64,000 bases of DNA, taken from Tannerella sp. Lineage in GTDB: Bacteria > Bacteroidota > Bacteroidia > Bacteroidales > Tannerellaceae. The notes beneath the pieces were generated by a model. That model had not been told where the DNA came from, did no database searches, and was given only the letters and a program-made list of their open reading frames with translations. The DNA is taken from assembly GCA_031272455.1 (NCBI GenBank), contig JAISTS010000023.1, forward strand, positions 250 through 64,249. The letters are read 5' to 3'. This document shows, in pieces, positions 61,822 to 64,000 of this stretch (the first letter of the stretch is position 1; each line of letters starts with the position of its first letter). The position numbers were made by a program, and so were the translations under genes.

Positions 61822-63897
61822 TCAAAATGAGTACCCCACGCCTCCCATAAGCCAGAATCGCGGCGTCGGGACATTGCCCCAGTCGCAGTATTTCGTGTCG
61901 GTGAGGTTAGTCGCGTTGAGGTGAAACAGCAACCCTCCGACGCGGTAGTCGAGCCTCAGGTCGAGCGTGGCAAAGGCGGGATAATCGGCGTAGCGTCCCG
62001 TAGCGACATAGTTGTCATATACCTCGTAAGTGCCCATACGTTTTTGAAAACGCAGCTGCCAGTTTGCAGTCAGGGCGCCGACGACGGGATGGTTGAAGCC
62101 GACCGTCAGCTTGTCGCGCAGATAGTTGATGGCGGCTGCCGACTCCGAGATGGTCTCTCCGGCATCGTACTGCTGCGACATTCGCGTGTAAGCGACCGAC
62201 AGCGAGGTCTGATTGCCAAGCAGCAGCCGCAGCGAGGCGTCGATGCCGCGCGTATCGACTTTCGTGATGTTGGACGAGGTCGGTTTGTCGTCGGCATTAA
62301 CCTTTATCCAGTCGATCATATCGCGTCCCCACAGCATAAATCCTGTTATGCCGACTTCGATACGGCTGTTACGGTAGCGCAGGCTCAGGTCGAGCGACTC
62401 GGAGCGTTCGGGCAACAGATTTTCGTTCGCCTGATGCGTGGCGGTGTTGTAGTAGAGTTCGGTATAGGTGGGCATACGTGTCGAGCGGCTCCACGAAGCG
62501 GCGATCTTGATAGCATCGACAGGGCGGTACGAGGCGCTGAGAGATGGATAAAAGCCGTATTCGCCGTTGCGAAACGTGTTGTGATTCATCAGCACTCCGG
62601 CAGAGAACAGCCAGCGACTGAGGCGCAGGGTATGTTCGAGCGTAACGGATGTGTTAAGCCGTTCGTCATAAGCAAGGTAGTTGCCCTGCGGACGGTTCAA
62701 ACGCTTACCAAGCTTGCTGCTGAGGATGTCTTCACGGCGCAGTTCGCCGACAACACCCGTTACGCCGAGGGGCGAAGTGTATTGCACCACCATCGTGGCG
62801 CCGTAGGTGTCGCCGCGGTGGAAGTTGCGCTCCCAAGGGACGTCCTTAATCAGGTCGAACCGGTCGAGATGACGATTCCAGTATAGCGTGGGGATGAATT
62901 TCAGCCGGTCGCCGAAGCTGCCCCTGACAGCATAGTTGAACGAACCGGTGCGTTCGTACTGGTCGGGCCAGGCGGGAGTATAAAACGAGTTGGCGCCGTA
63001 TCTTTTATTATTGTACCCGAAGAGCAGGCTGAGCTTCGCGCCCGAACGCCATTCGAGATTGCTCTGCCACAGCAGGTTATACATATCGTAAGCCGTATTG
63101 CCTGCATAGCTCATCGCCGTATCGACATAGCCGCCGAGGATCGTTATGCCGTACTTGTCGGTATTCGTAGCGCCGGTGAATCCGTCCGATGCCTTATAAC
63201 CGACTGACAGGCTGTGCGTTGCGATGCCGCTCTTTGCCGCGCCCCGCACTTCGATTTCTTTCAGGTTGTACATTCCGGCTGATACGTCGGCAATGATCCG
63301 TTCCGCTATGCTGTCTTTGGTGATGATGTTGATGCCTCCGGAGAATGCGCTTGCCCCGTAAATCAGCGCCGAAGGACCTTGAACGATTTCGATACGTTCG
63401 ATGTCGGAGAGGTTAACGGGAAGGTCGAGGCTGTAATGTCCCGTTTGAGGGTTGGAGAAGTTGATACCGTTGATAAGGATTGCCGTCTGGTCGAACGAGC
63501 CGCCCCGAATGGAGACGTCGGTCTGTACGCCGCGCCCGCCGCGTTGCAGAATATCGACATTGGCGGAGTATGCGAGCAGCTCGCCGATACTTCGCGCAGG
63601 CGATTGTTCGATCTGCTTGCGTGTGATGACGATGACCGGCTTTGGCGTCTGTGCAACAGGCAGTTCCATCCGCGACGCCGTAACCGTAACCTCGTCCAGT
63701 TCTTCTTCGATGATTTTGGCGGGCTGCTGATCCGCTGCGACCGACTGCGCCGATGCGACATGCGCAAAAGTCAGCGTACAGAATGTTACAACCCCGATAT
63801 TTACGATTTTGTGCATACTGTTGAATGTTCCCCAGGCTTTCCGTACAAATCGTTTAAAACGGAAAGCCCTACATTCGTTGATTCTTTTTTTATCCAT
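61822..63897 (-). CDS. TonB-dependent receptor (single, BtuB/CirA-like)
   Basis: LDEVTVTA TonB box, plug motifs SIRGG, IERIEIVQGP, YGASAFSGGINIIT; terminal YSF. Confidence 0.9.
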   Translation of the reverse strand: MDKKRINECRAFRFKRFVRKAWGTFNSMHKIVNIGVVTFCTLTFAHVASAQSVAADQQPAKIIEEELDEVTVTASRMELPVAQTPKPVIVITRKQIEQSPARSIGELLAYSANVDILQRGGRGVQTDVSIRGGSFDQTAILINGINFSNPQTGHYSLDLPVNLSDIERIEIVQGPSALIYGASAFSGGINIITKDSIAERIIADVSAGMYNLKEIEVRGAAKSGIATHSLSVGYKASDGFTGATNTDKYGITILGGYVDTAMSYAGNTAYDMYNLLWQSNLEWRSGAKLSLLFGYNNKRYGANSFYTPAWPDQYERTGSFNYAVRGSFGDRLKFIPTLYWNRHLDRFDLIKDVPWERNFHRGDTYGATMVVQYTSPLGVTGVVGELRREDILSSKLGKRLNRPQGNYLAYDERLNTSVTLEHTLRLSRWLFSAGVLMNHNTFRNGEYGFYPSLSASYRPVDAIKIAASWSRSTRMPTYTELYYNTATHQANENLLPERSESLDLSLRYRNSRIEVGITGFMLWGRDMIDWIKVNADDKPTSSNITKVDTRGIDASLRLLLGNQTSLSVAYTRMSQQYDAGETISESAAAINYLRDKLTVGFNHPVVGALTANWQLRFQKRMGTYEVYDNYVATGRYADYPAFATLDLRLDYRVGGLLFHLNATNLTDTKYCDWGNVPTPRFWLMGGVGYSF

Positions 63898-63924
63898 ATA
63901 AATTCAATTAAAATTAAACGGGCG

Positions 63925-63932
63925 CAAAGGTA
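63925..63932 (-). promoter_or_regulatory. -7 promoter element for the TonB-dependent receptor
   Basis: TACCTTTG on the minus strand. Confidence 0.6.
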
Positions 63933-64000
63933 GGGAATTTTTCGGTTCGGATTGTTTAATTTTTGTTAACGATGGCATTTCTTGATGCATAATTAACAAA

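Noticed and set aside
63090-63185. Extra-looking segment in the TonB-dependent receptor (GATNTDKYGITILGGYVDTAMSYAGNT)
   Set aside because: Consistent with an ordinary variable extracellular loop; no DNA-level repeat or palindrome seen.
63898-64000. Possible cobalamin riboswitch upstream of the BtuB-like receptor
   Set aside because: No B12-box or conserved core visible, and the promoter lies too close to the start codon.

Overview
Gene-dense (~50% GC) core-genome window from a Bacteroidota (Bacteroidales-type) chromosome. This assignment rests on a SusC/SusD pair, Bacteroidota TAnnTTTG promoter boxes and AT-rich leaders. About 44 CDSs tile the window. Most are housekeeping (aguAB, queH, hflX, uvrA, pepD, rsmA, mgtE, recJ, recQ, mnmA, prs, argS, topA, valS, purA, fur-like, sufCD, pnp, dsbD, mazG). 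The rest are scattered orphan CAZymes (GH106, GH88, GH13), several exported oxidoreductase/hydrolase-fold proteins, a TPR + outer-membrane barrel pair and a SusCD locus. I saw no rRNA, tRNA, CRISPR array, integrase or transposase. The clearest accessory signals are (i) a hicAB toxin-antitoxin cassette bracketed by a 109-bp direct repeat of the dsbD 3' end and followed by a second, orphan HicB-like gene and mazG, and (ii) a GC-rich palindromic element inserted in frame in valS. Candidate uncharacterised systems are the 1000-aa TPR + short beta-barrel + DsbD operon and an exported URO-D/MtaA-fold lipoprotein cluster. Product calls come from motif recognition by eye; no database searches were run. 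Some start codons were moved from the ORF track to the more plausible ATG.
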